Below are positions 9,436 to 18,160 of a stretch of DNA of 64,000 nucleotides, one piece after another. The first letter of the stretch is position 1. Each line of letters opens with the position of its first letter. Position numbers and translations under genes: made by a program. The notes beneath the pieces are model-generated. The model was not told where the DNA came from. It did no database searches and saw only the letters and a program-made list of their open reading frames with translations. The DNA is from Myxococcota bacterium (GTDB lineage Bacteria; Myxococcota_A; Polyangia; Nannocystales; Nannocystaceae): assembly GCA_039194325.1 (NCBI GenBank), contig JBCCWC010000004.1:160001-224000 (forward strand), in the 5' to 3' direction.

Positions 9436-11475
9436 CTACGCCGGCGCCTCGAACAACACCTCGACCACGGCCCCCTCCTCCACCGGACCGGGCGGTCGGC
9501 TCTGCATCACCGCGATCCCCGTCCCGCGGGGCTGCACCTGCACCTTGAGACGCTCGGCGACCTCGAGGGTCTCCACCAGGGTCAGCCCAGTGAAATCGGG
9601 CAGCCCGCCGCTGACGCTGGGCCGCCGCTGACCGGGCAGGCGGGGCTCGACGTCTACGGTGGGCACGAAGCCCTCCAAGAGGTTGGTGTTGTCGGCCATC
9701 AAACGGATCGGATCGGGCGCGGGCCGAGTGCCGTCCTCCCGCTCCACGCCCAGGTGGGTCATCACCCGAGCTCCCAGGCGCGAGAAGGTGGGCGCGGCTA
9801 CCTCGTTGCCGTAGTGACCCCCCTGCGGGCTATCGACCGAGACAAGGATCACTACCCGCGGATCCTCGGCCGGCACCGCGCCGACGAACGAAGCAAAGTA
9901 GTCGTCCTCGGCGTAACCACCCTGCTCGCGGTTGGCCTTCTGAGCGGTCGAGGTCTTACCGGCCACCCGATAGCCCTCGATCTTGGCGTTGCGACCGGTG
10001 CCCCGCCGGGTGTGGACCACGCTCTGCAGCATCTCCATGACGGTGCGGGCGGTGGAGATCCGCACCACCCGCTGCGGCTCGGGCCGGTCGATCGGCACGG
10101 GGTTGGCGTCGGCGTCGATCACCTGGCGCACGATCGTGGGAGGATTGTAGACGCCCTTGTTGGCCAGCACGGAGAACGCCGCCGCCACCTGCAAGGGGCT
10201 GGCGGTCATGCCCTGACCAAACGAGATGTTGGCCCCCTGAATGTCGGACCACTTGTCCCAGTGGTGCAGCACGCCGCGGGTGGCCCCGGGTAGCTCGATG
10301 GACGGGCGCTTACCAAAGTGGAAGCGCCGAGCCCACTTGTACATGTTCTCCTTGCGGAGGGTTTCGTAGATCTTGGTGGTGCAGATGTTGGACGACTCGG
10401 CGAGGATCTCGGTCACGCTCAGCCACTCCGAGCGGTGCGTGTCCTTGATCGCGTGCTCGTCGGTGTACTGCCAGCGACCGTTCTCGCAAAAGAAGCTCTG
10501 GTCCTTGCGGATCGTGCCCTGCTCGAGCGCGGCCGCCACCGTGATCGCCTTCATGGTCGAGCCGGGCTCGAAGTCGGCCTGCACGGCCTGGTTGACGGTC
10601 TGCTCGAGCTTGTCGATCCGGTGGTTGGGGTCGAAGGTGGGCCGGCTGGTCATGGCCAAGACCTCGCCGCTGCGCGGATCCATCACGACGATGCTGGCGC
10701 TCACCGGGGTCCAGTTGGCCACCAGGGTGTTGATCTCCTCCTCGGCCATGGCCTGGACCGCAGAGTCGAGCGTGAGCACGACGGTGTTGCCCCGCGATAC
10801 GCCCGGGTCGGGAAAGCCCTCGGTGAGCAGCTTCTTGCCCCGCGCAAAGTAGGCGGGGCTCATGGCGTCACGACCCCGTAAGTACTCGTCGAGCCCATAC
10901 TCGATGCCCAGGTTGCCCTTGCCCTGGGCGTTGACCCGGCCCAGGATGTGCGAGGCGAGCAGCTTGCGAGGGTAGACCCGGTGGGGCACGGGCTCGAGGC
11001 TGACCCCGGGCAGCGCCTTGGCCCGCAGAGCCCGAGACTGGTCCTCGTCGAGCACCATGCGCAAGCGTCGGTAGGCCTTGTCACGCAACAGCTCGTCGCG
11101 CAGGTACTCGGGATCCGCACCGGGAAAAAGCTCCATCACGGCGGCGATCACCGCCTCGGTCTGCCCCTGGGCGGTGATAAGCCGGGGGTTGAGGACGATC
11201 TTGTGGACCCGGTCGGTCACCGCCAGCGAGATGTAGCTGCGGTCGACGATGTCGCCGCGGCTGGCCTTGACCCGATAGCTACGCAATTGCTGGCGGTTGC
11301 CCTGCTCGGCATAGTGCTCGTGGTGACGCACGGCCACCACCCACGAGCGCCAGCCCAGGCCCAAAAGCGCCATCATGAGCACACCCGCGACCAGCCAGCC
11401 GCGTCGATGTACGGCCCGCAAGTCGCTGGCCATGGGCCGCAGCACGATCTGCTGAGATCGACGCAAGAGGTTCAT
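9436..11475 (-). CDS. ftsI: class B penicillin-binding protein FtsI with C-terminal PASTA domain
   Basis: RGDIVDR, RVYP, GIE, EPGSTMK (SxxK), SSN (SxN), SFGQG, GKTSTAQK; directly follows ftsL. Confidence 0.92.
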   Translation of the reverse strand: MNLLRRSQQIVLRPMASDLRAVHRRGWLVAGVLMMALLGLGWRSWVVAVRHHEHYAEQGNRQQLRSYRVKASRGDIVDRSYISLAVTDRVHKIVLNPRLITAQGQTEAVIAAVMELFPGADPEYLRDELLRDKAYRRLRMVLDEDQSRALRAKALPGVSLEPVPHRVYPRKLLASHILGRVNAQGKGNLGIEYGLDEYLRGRDAMSPAYFARGKKLLTEGFPDPGVSRGNTVVLTLDSAVQAMAEEEINTLVANWTPVSASIVVMDPRSGEVLAMTSRPTFDPNHRIDKLEQTVNQAVQADFEPGSTMKAITVAAALEQGTIRKDQSFFCENGRWQYTDEHAIKDTHRSEWLSVTEILAESSNICTTKIYETLRKENMYKWARRFHFGKRPSIELPGATRGVLHHWDKWSDIQGANISFGQGMTASPLQVAAAFSVLANKGVYNPPTIVRQVIDADANPVPIDRPEPQRVVRISTARTVMEMLQSVVHTRRGTGRNAKIEGYRVAGKTSTAQKANREQGGYAEDDYFASFVGAVPAEDPRVVILVSVDSPQGGHYGNEVAAPTFSRLGARVMTHLGVEREDGTRPAPDPIRLMADNTNLLEGFVPTVDVEPRLPGQRRPSVSGGLPDFTGLTLVETLEVAERLKVQVQPRGTGIAVMQSRPPGPVEEGAVVEVLFEAPA

Positions 11476-11903
11476 GGGGTCGGCTCCTGACGCGCAAGGC
11501 GAATGGTCTGCACCAGGTCGGGAGACATGGGGATCATCTGCAGACGGTTGCGGGCGACCTCGTCGATCGTGGCCGGATGCCGCAGGTAGGCACGCTCGGC
11601 GGCCAAGCGCCGGCGCTCGTCGAGCAAGCGGGCCTGCTCGGCGGTCAGATCGGTGATCTCGGCCCCGATCTCCAGCACCCGCGTGGTGGCGTGCACCCGA
11701 GCAATTCCGATCGCGGTCAACGCACCGACGATCAGGGTGAGCAAGAAGGAGGTTCCCGCCGGCGCGCTGCGATGGCGACGAACGAGCGAGGCCACCCGGG
11801 CCGAGGGCGGCAGATCGCTGCTTCGCTGCCAGCCGTGGGGACGTATCTCCACTTTCTGTCGACGACGACGCACGGGTGCACGGGGCGATTCGGAGGAACT
11901 CAT
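11472..11903 (-). CDS. ftsL: cell division protein FtsL
   Basis: Single TM plus leucine-zipper coiled coil 'IDEVARNRLQM'; 4-bp overlaps with rsmH and ftsI. Confidence 0.8.
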   Translation of the reverse strand: MSSSESPRAPVRRRRQKVEIRPHGWQRSSDLPPSARVASLVRRHRSAPAGTSFLLTLIVGALTAIGIARVHATTRVLEIGAEITDLTAEQARLLDERRRLAAERAYLRHPATIDEVARNRLQMIPMSPDLVQTIRLARQEPTP

Positions 11904-12922
11904 GGGGCGCAGCGCTCCAAGACGCGAAGGCGGGCGCTCCGGGCCCGCGGGTTGTGCTCGGTCTCCTCGACGCCGGCCGTCACCCCACCCGCGTAGCCCG
12001 GAGCCACGATAAAGCGCGGGCGCGGCAGGTCACGCTCACGCAAGGGCAAGTGCGCAGGGGGCTGCACAGGACGACTGAGCGCCCGCCACCGCCGCTTGAC
12101 CCGACGATCCTCGAGAGAGTGAAACGTGATCACGGCCAGCCGCCCCCCCACCATCAACAGCGAGGGCGCGTCGGCCAAGAAGCGGTCGAGCTGCCCGAGC
12201 TCGTCGTTGACCTCGATCCGCAAGGCCATGAAGGTGCGCGTGGCGGGATGGATCCTCCCGGTCCGCTTGCGACGCGCTCGGCCGTCGAGGGCAGTGGTCA
12301 CCACCTGGGCCAACCCCCGGGTCGTGGTCGGTCGAGCCTCCACCACCGCGGCGGCGATCCGGCGAGCCTCGGGCTCCTCACCGTATTCGCGCAAGATCCG
12401 CGTCAGCCGCGGGACGTCGATCCGCGCGAGCAACTCGGCCGCGCTAGGGCCGGCGGTCGGATCCATGCGCATGTCCAGGGGCCCATCCCCACGAAACGAA
12501 AAGCCACGCTCGGGCTGGTCGAGCTGGATCGACGAGACCCCGAGGTCGGCCACGATCGCGGCCACCTCTCGTATGCCCAACGCCGCCAGCGACGCCGCGA
12601 TCGTGGCGAAGCCGGCGTGGACGAAGCTCACCGGGCACGGCGCTCCAGCCAGGCGCTCGCGAGCCCGGGCGAGCGCCTCGGGATCACGATCGAAGAGTAT
12701 GGCCCGATCCGGACGAGTCACCCGCAGCACAGCGGCCGTATGTCCACCGAGGCCGGCGGTCGCGTCCACCAATACCCGCGGCCGCACCGCTCCCCCTGCG
12801 CCGGTGATCGCCGTGGGAACTTCGACGGACGCTGCGCCAGGGGTAGGGGGGAGCGCCGGAACCAACGCGGCGCAAACCTCCTGCGCCAGCACGGAAATGT
12901 GAGCTGCGCCGGACTCGCTCAT
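11900..12922 (-). CDS. rsmH: 16S rRNA m4C1402 methyltransferase RsmH
   Basis: HISVL, DATAGLGGH, DLGVSSIQLD, GPLDMRMD, HPATRTFMALRIEVN, TFHSLEDR, NPRARSARLR. Confidence 0.96.
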   Translation of the reverse strand: MSESGAAHISVLAQEVCAALVPALPPTPGAASVEVPTAITGAGGAVRPRVLVDATAGLGGHTAAVLRVTRPDRAILFDRDPEALARARERLAGAPCPVSFVHAGFATIAASLAALGIREVAAIVADLGVSSIQLDQPERGFSFRGDGPLDMRMDPTAGPSAAELLARIDVPRLTRILREYGEEPEARRIAAAVVEARPTTTRGLAQVVTTALDGRARRKRTGRIHPATRTFMALRIEVNDELGQLDRFLADAPSLLMVGGRLAVITFHSLEDRRVKRRWRALSRPVQPPAHLPLRERDLPRPRFIVAPGYAGGVTAGVEETEHNPRARSARLRVLERCAP

Positions 12923-13170
12923 GGAAAAGCCCCGTGGACGTGCCCATTTTTCGGCGCGCGGGTCAAATTTTCGGGGTCGGGGGCTCGTCAAATTTTCGCT
13001 TGGATCCCGTAGGTTTAGGCGATCGAGTGTTGACCGGGCGCGGGCGAATCAGTAGCGTGCGCTTCCTGAATCGACCGGCGCGTCGGCAGCCAGCAGTCGT
13101 CCTCACCCCCGACACTCCCGCCCTCGCCGTCGAATCGCCAACCCCCGAAGAGCCGGAGCGCCCGATCGAG

Positions 13171-13941
13171 ATGATTCCGCCCCGTAGCAGGAACTATCGC
13201 CAGCTCCATGAGGCGTCGGAGTTGCTCTGGGAGAAGCTCGGCATGCTCTCCCCGAAGCAGCGCGACAGCTTCGACGAGCGGTTCCTCATGTCGTGGATCT
13301 ACCACGACTTCGCGCTGGAGGGCACCGTCCTCCACATCACCGAGATCAAGGCCGCGACCGATGACGAGATCATCAGCGCGCCGAGCCTCATCCCCGCGTA
13401 CAACCACATCATGGCGGTCCGCGACGGGATCCGCCACGTGCTGGACTCGCGAGGCAAACGGCTCACCCTCAACCTCGACTGGCTCAAGAAGCTGCACCAG
13501 CTGCTGCTGCCCGCCGACAAGAAAGACCAGATCCAGTACCGCAAGGACAACCCGATCCACCGCATGTACTTCCACGACCTGGCACCGGCGGACAAGATCA
13601 GCTACCGCATGCGCAAGCTGACCGACTGGTTCCGGACCGACGAGTGCAAGCGGGCCCACCCGATCGAGCTGGCCGTCGAGGTCCATCGCGAGGTGATCCG
13701 GATCTTCCCGTGGCCGGAGATCAGCGGGCGCGTAGCCCGCTTGGCCATGAATCACATCCTCTGCAACGAGGGATACTGGCCCGCGACCATTCATGCCATC
13801 GATCGGCAGCGCTACTACGACGTATTGCGCCTGGACCAAGATCAGCTACTTAACCTCGTTGTGGAGAGCGTTAGCCAAGGCGTCCAGTCCTCGAACAAGC
13901 TCTACCAGGACATTGTCGACGCCACCCGAGCCTCTCGCTAA
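13171..13941 (+). CDS. Fic/DOC-family protein with degenerate catalytic loop
   Basis: Fic fold cues (WIYHDFALEG, QYRK, HPIELAVEVH). The loop reads IFPWPEISGRVAR instead of IHPFxDGNGRxxR. Confidence 0.8.
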   Translation: MIPPRSRNYRQLHEASELLWEKLGMLSPKQRDSFDERFLMSWIYHDFALEGTVLHITEIKAATDDEIISAPSLIPAYNHIMAVRDGIRHVLDSRGKRLTLNLDWLKKLHQLLLPADKKDQIQYRKDNPIHRMYFHDLAPADKISYRMRKLTDWFRTDECKRAHPIELAVEVHREVIRIFPWPEISGRVARLAMNHILCNEGYWPATIHAIDRQRYYDVLRLDQDQLLNLVVESVSQGVQSSNKLYQDIVDATRASR

Positions 13942-13947
13942 TCGACC

Positions 13948-14598
13948 ATGCGCATCCCGCCTTTCAACGCCGCCTTGAAGCTCGTGGACCAACGGCGACC
14001 CACGGTCTCGGTGATCGCTCGGGCCAAGCTCCCCACCAAGCACGGTGACTTCGAGATCGTTGCATTCGAAACCGAAGACGGCCGCCGCCTCGACGATGTC
14101 GCCATCGTCCAGGGAACGATCGAGGGCGTCAACGAAGTCCCGGTGCGCATGCACTCCGAGTGCCTCACCGGCGACGTGCTGGGCTCCAACCGCTGCGACT
14201 GTGGCGAGCAACTTCAAGAGGCGCTCCACCGGTTTGCAAACAGCGAGTGCGGCGTGCTGCTCTACCTGCGACAAGAAGGCCGCGGGATCGGTATCGCCAA
14301 CAAGGTGCGGGCCTACGCGCTCCAAGACGAGGGCCTCGACACGGTCGACGCCAACCGGCACCTGGGCTTCGACGACGACCTACGCCGCTACGACATGGCC
14401 GCCGCTATGCTCGAAGCGCTGGGCATGGCGTCGATCGAGCTCCACACCAACAACCCCAAGAAGGTCGAAGGCCTGCGCGAAGCCGGCATCGAGGTGGCTC
14501 GCCGCGTCGCCCTGCAGATTGCCCCGCGCGAGGAAAACCGCCGATACCTCGACACGAAGCGCCGGCGGTCGGGCCACCTGCTCGACCTCGACGACTAG
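13948..14598 (+). CDS. ribA: GTP cyclohydrolase II
   Basis: VRMHSECLTGDVLGSNRCDCGEQL, YLRQEGRGIG, TNNPKK. Confidence 0.96.
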   Translation: MRIPPFNAALKLVDQRRPTVSVIARAKLPTKHGDFEIVAFETEDGRRLDDVAIVQGTIEGVNEVPVRMHSECLTGDVLGSNRCDCGEQLQEALHRFANSECGVLLYLRQEGRGIGIANKVRAYALQDEGLDTVDANRHLGFDDDLRRYDMAAAMLEALGMASIELHTNNPKKVEGLREAGIEVARRVALQIAPREENRRYLDTKRRRSGHLLDLDD

Positions 14599-14749
14599 CG
14601 GGGTCTGCCGCCGCGGGGCTCCTCGCTAGCGACGTCTGCCGCCGCGGGGCTCTTCGCGAGCAGCGTCTGCCGTCGCGGGGCTCTTCGCGAGCAGCGTCTG
14701 CCGCCGCGGCACTCTTCGCTAGCGGCGCCCGCCGCCGCGGCGCTCTTCG
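14595..14749. repeat. 31-bp tandem repeat x5 spanning the gap between convergent ribA and RRM genes
   Basis: Units start at 14595, 14626, 14657, 14688 and 14719 (CTAGCGxxGTCTGCCGCCGCGGGGCTCTTCG-like). Confidence 0.9.
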
Positions 14750-15207
14750 GCTTGGCGTACGACCAAGGTGCGCCCCTCGAGCTGGGTACCGTTGAGCTTG
14801 CGGATCGCCTCGGCTGCGTCCTTGCGGTCGGACATGGTCACGAAGCCGAACCCACGCGAGTCACCCGTGTCCCGGTCGAGCACCACGATGGCATCGGAGA
14901 CCTTCCCGAGCTTTTCGAATTCGGCACGAAGCTGAGTATCGGTGACGCGCCAGTCCAGACCCCCCACGAACAGACGACTGGGGATCGCACGGGTCTCCTT
15001 CTCTTCGTCGCTCCCGCCGCCCTGCATGTTGCGCATCACCTCTTCGATCGACATGAGGTTGCCGCCCTGAAGCTCGTCGACCGTGGCGGTGGGCACGTCG
15101 CCAGCCCCGGACCGATTTTCGGCGCGCCGCTGAGCCTTTTCCTTCTTCTTGCGCTCGCGCTCTCGCTCGCGCTGCCGCTTACCTGCCGAGTAGTTGTTTC
15201 TTGCCAT
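14719..15207 (-). CDS. RRM RNA-binding protein with basic N-terminal extension
   Basis: RNP2 LFVGGL, RNP1 RGFGFVTM; N-terminus MARNNYSAGKRQRERERERKKKEKAQRR. Confidence 0.9.
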   Translation of the reverse strand: MARNNYSAGKRQRERERERKKKEKAQRRAENRSGAGDVPTATVDELQGGNLMSIEEVMRNMQGGGSDEEKETRAIPSRLFVGGLDWRVTDTQLRAEFEKLGKVSDAIVVLDRDTGDSRGFGFVTMSDRKDAAEAIRKLNGTQLEGRTLVVRQAEERRGGGRR

Positions 15208-15433
15208 GCAGTTCCTTGGTCTCGTGGTCTGGGGATCACCGGGCCAGACCACCCGGGAGCATCAGCTGAGCTCGCGAATTCGCGGGAGGGAACGCGGCAG
15301 CGACCGCCACCGCGACGTCGACGTCCAAAACCAAGCCCGGCCCGAACACGACGTGCTCGGGGACGTAAAACCCGGGGGCGAATGAGCGCCCACCGGGCGG
15401 GCTTCGTGCGTACAAATGAGCAATTCGGGCCGA

Positions 15434-15868
15434 TTACCAGTTGTTGCGACGACCACCGCCGCCACCACCACGACGACCACCGCGACCGCCTCGATCGTCG
15501 AAGCCGCCGCCGAAGCCACCGCCGCCGCGACGGCCACCGCCACCACCACCGAAGCCGCCGCCACCGCCACCGAAGCCGCCACCTCGACCACCGCCGCCGC
15601 CGCCGCCACCGCCACGCGGGCGACGCTCCTCGGCCTCGTTGACTCGGAGCGGACGCCCGTCGAGCTCGAAGCCGTTCATCGCCTCGATGGCGGACCGAGC
15701 CGCGTCGTCCGTACCCATGGTCAGGAAGCCAAAGCCCCGGGATCGACCGGTCTCCCGATCCGTAATGATCTTGGCGTCGACCACCTCACCGTGCTCCGAG
15801 AAGGCACTTCGAAGGTCTTCCTCCGAGGTCTGGAAGGAGAGGTTGCCAACGAACAATCTTTGATTCAT
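15434..15868 (-). CDS. glycine-rich RRM RNA-binding protein
   Basis: LFVGNL, RGFGFLTM, LRVNEAEER, then a G/R/F-rich tail. Confidence 0.95.
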   Translation of the reverse strand: MNQRLFVGNLSFQTSEEDLRSAFSEHGEVVDAKIITDRETGRSRGFGFLTMGTDDAARSAIEAMNGFELDGRPLRVNEAEERRPRGGGGGGGGGRGGGFGGGGGGFGGGGGGRRGGGGFGGGFDDRGGRGGRRGGGGGGRRNNW

Positions 15869-16278
15869 CTGTCTCGTCTCGCGATCGGCCCCACCACGCC
15901 CGTGAGCGTGACTCTGTCTCGTTGCCCGAAGCGAGGGGGCCGTGAGCCTCGCCGCAGTGCCTTGCAGCAGCGTTGCTGCCTCGTGAGCGTCGCTGGGTCT
16001 TCGGGGGCTCGGTCTTTGGGTCCAGGGCCTGCTGTCTGCGCCAGGAACGGTCGCGAGACTGGCTAGCTAGCGGAAGCAACGACCCCTGTCAAACGCGGCC
16101 CGCGCTCTGGCAGGGGCGCGGGACGCGGTTTGGGCGAGTTGAACCCCCGTCGCGCGAATTCCCCGCAGCGCCGAAAATTCGTTGCGCCGCCAAATGAGGC
16201 CCGGCCATCCCGATCATCGAGCAAGCTCGGCAGGGACCGACCGTCCGGCTCGAACCCGACGGCGCGGTCACCGAGAGG

Positions 16279-16332
16279 GCTCACGCTCACGCTCACGCTC
16301 ACGCTCACGCCCACGCTCACGCCCACGCTCAC
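16279..16332. repeat. hexamer microsatellite (GCYCAC)x9 containing the purE stop codon
   Basis: Directly visible; the last unit holds the purE TGA (16329-16331). Confidence 0.9.
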
Positions 16333-16856
16333 GCTGGATCGGCATGATCGGATCTCACACGAGCATCGATCGCAGCCACCCGCTCCACCTGACGGCGCTG
16401 GTAGTCGAGCACCGCCCGCCGCCACCGTGGATCGGATCCCCCCAAGATCCGCAGCGCGAGGTGGCCGGCATTGGCCGCCTGCCCCACGGCGACGGTGGCG
16501 ACCGGCGTGCCCTTGGGCATCTGCACGATCGACAACAGCGAGTCGAGGCCATCGAGCACGCGCAGGGGCACGGGCACGCCCACCACCGGCAAGGGCGTGA
16601 GCGAGGCGAGCATCCCGGGCAGATGCGCGGCTCCGCCCGCCCCCGCGATGATGACCTCGAGGCCACGCTCGTGGGCGACCCGCCCGTACTCGAACATGGC
16701 CTCCGGGGTGCGGTGGGCGGACAGGATCCGGACCTCGCACGGTACCCCGTGCTCGCGCAGCACCTCGATCGCAGCCTCCATGACCGGCAGATCGGAGTCG
16801 CTGCCCATGCAGATCCCCACCAGGGGCGCCACCTTCGGGGCATCCTCGCTCGTCAT
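16329..16856 (-). CDS. purE: N5-CAIR mutase PurE
   Basis: [35 protein letters not shown]. Confidence 0.97.
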   Translation of the reverse strand: MTSEDAPKVAPLVGICMGSDSDLPVMEAAIEVLREHGVPCEVRILSAHRTPEAMFEYGRVAHERGLEVIIAGAGGAAHLPGMLASLTPLPVVGVPVPLRVLDGLDSLLSIVQMPKGTPVATVAVGQAANAGHLALRILGGSDPRWRRAVLDYQRRQVERVAAIDARVRSDHADPA

Positions 16857-16869
16857 GACCGCAGGACTC

Positions 16870-18051
16870 TCAAAGTTCGAGCTGGTCGGCAACCCGGTGG
16901 GCTCGCGCCCGAGCATCGTCCAGCGTCTCGCCCAGCGCGGTCACGTGGCCCATCTTACGCCCCGGCCGAACCCGGCGCTTGCCGTAGACGTGCACGGCGA
17001 CGTCCCGGCCGGCCAAGGCCGCAGGCAGCGCAGCAGCCGAGGCCGCGCCGTAGCGAAGACCGAGGACGTTGACCATCACCGCGGCGGGCCGCACCAGCGA
17101 CGCGTCGCCGAGCGGCCAGTCGAGCACGGCCCGCAGGTGGTTCTCGAACTGCGAGGTCACGCAGGCTTCGATCGTGTAGTGCCCGGTGTTGTGCGGCCGC
17201 GGAGCGATCTCGTTGAGCAACAAGCGACCGTCGGGGCACTCGAACATCTCGACCCCCACCACCCCCACACAGCCGTAGACCTCGGCCGCCCGCCGAGCGA
17301 GCTCGGTGGCCGCCTGGGCGACCGCCGGGGTCACGGCCGCGGGGACCTCGACGGCGGCACAGCGATGCTCGCGCTGGATCGTGGTGACCACCGGGTAGGC
17401 GACATCTTCGCCGCCAGGGCGGCGAGCCACCATCACGGCGAGCTCGCGCACGAAATCCACGTAGGCCTCGACGAGCACCCGCCCGGTGCTCCCCCGCAGT
17501 CGCTCGTAGGCGACCCGCAGCTCGTCTTCGTCACGGGCAGTGGCGTTGCCGTAGCCATCGTAGGAGTGGCGAGGACGCTTGAGGACCACGGGGTACCCCA
17601 GGGCTTGCACCGCCTCGAGCAGCTCGTGCTCGTTCGTACACGCGCGGTAGGCCCCCACGGGCAGGTCGTGATCGACCGCATGCTGTTTTTGGACGATCTT
17701 GTCGCGTACCCGCTCCATCGTGGGCGGCGCGGGCCACAGGGGGACGTCCGCCGGCAGCAGCTCGACCAGCGTATCGAGCGGGACCCACTCGTTCTCCAGG
17801 GTGATCACGGTGCAGCCAGCCACGAAGCGCCGCAGGGCGTCGACGTCGTCCATGGCCCCGGTCATCGCCTCGGCCACGCCGTCGGTGGGCCCGCTGCCGC
17901 TCTGTGGTTGCCGGTAGAAGCGCACGTGCAGCCCCAGGCGCAGCGCGGCCAGGCCCAGCATGCGCCCCAGCTGCCCGCCGCCCAGCACCCCGACTACGGG
18001 AAAACCCGGCCTCGGGGTCGGGACTTTCCGGTGGGATGCCGACTCGCTCAT
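16870..18051 (-). CDS. purK: N5-CAIR synthetase PurK
   Basis: [45 protein letters not shown]. Confidence 0.96.
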   Translation of the reverse strand: MSESASHRKVPTPRPGFPVVGVLGGGQLGRMLGLAALRLGLHVRFYRQPQSGSGPTDGVAEAMTGAMDDVDALRRFVAGCTVITLENEWVPLDTLVELLPADVPLWPAPPTMERVRDKIVQKQHAVDHDLPVGAYRACTNEHELLEAVQALGYPVVLKRPRHSYDGYGNATARDEDELRVAYERLRGSTGRVLVEAYVDFVRELAVMVARRPGGEDVAYPVVTTIQREHRCAAVEVPAAVTPAVAQAATELARRAAEVYGCVGVVGVEMFECPDGRLLLNEIAPRPHNTGHYTIEACVTSQFENHLRAVLDWPLGDASLVRPAAVMVNVLGLRYGAASAAALPAALAGRDVAVHVYGKRRVRPGRKMGHVTALGETLDDARARAHRVADQLEL

Positions 18052-18160
18052 GACTCGTCGACTTAGAGCGTCGACGGTACGATCGTCAAGCTCCGCCTTC
18101 GCCGCGAGGCACTCGCCCGAGGGCGCGACGCAGTCGCGCTTTGTCCCGCCAGCCTTGGGC

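Noticed and set aside
14595..14749. 31-bp repeats as a CRISPR array
   Set aside because: The units are contiguous with no unique spacers, no cas genes are present, and the unit derives from a gene end.
16471..18066. Long antisense or alternate-frame ORFs (e.g. 16471-18066, 32074-33624, 32295-34133, 52178-53662, 59682-61283)
   Set aside because: They are shadows of well-supported genes, expected in high-GC DNA, with R/G/P/A-rich motif-free translations.
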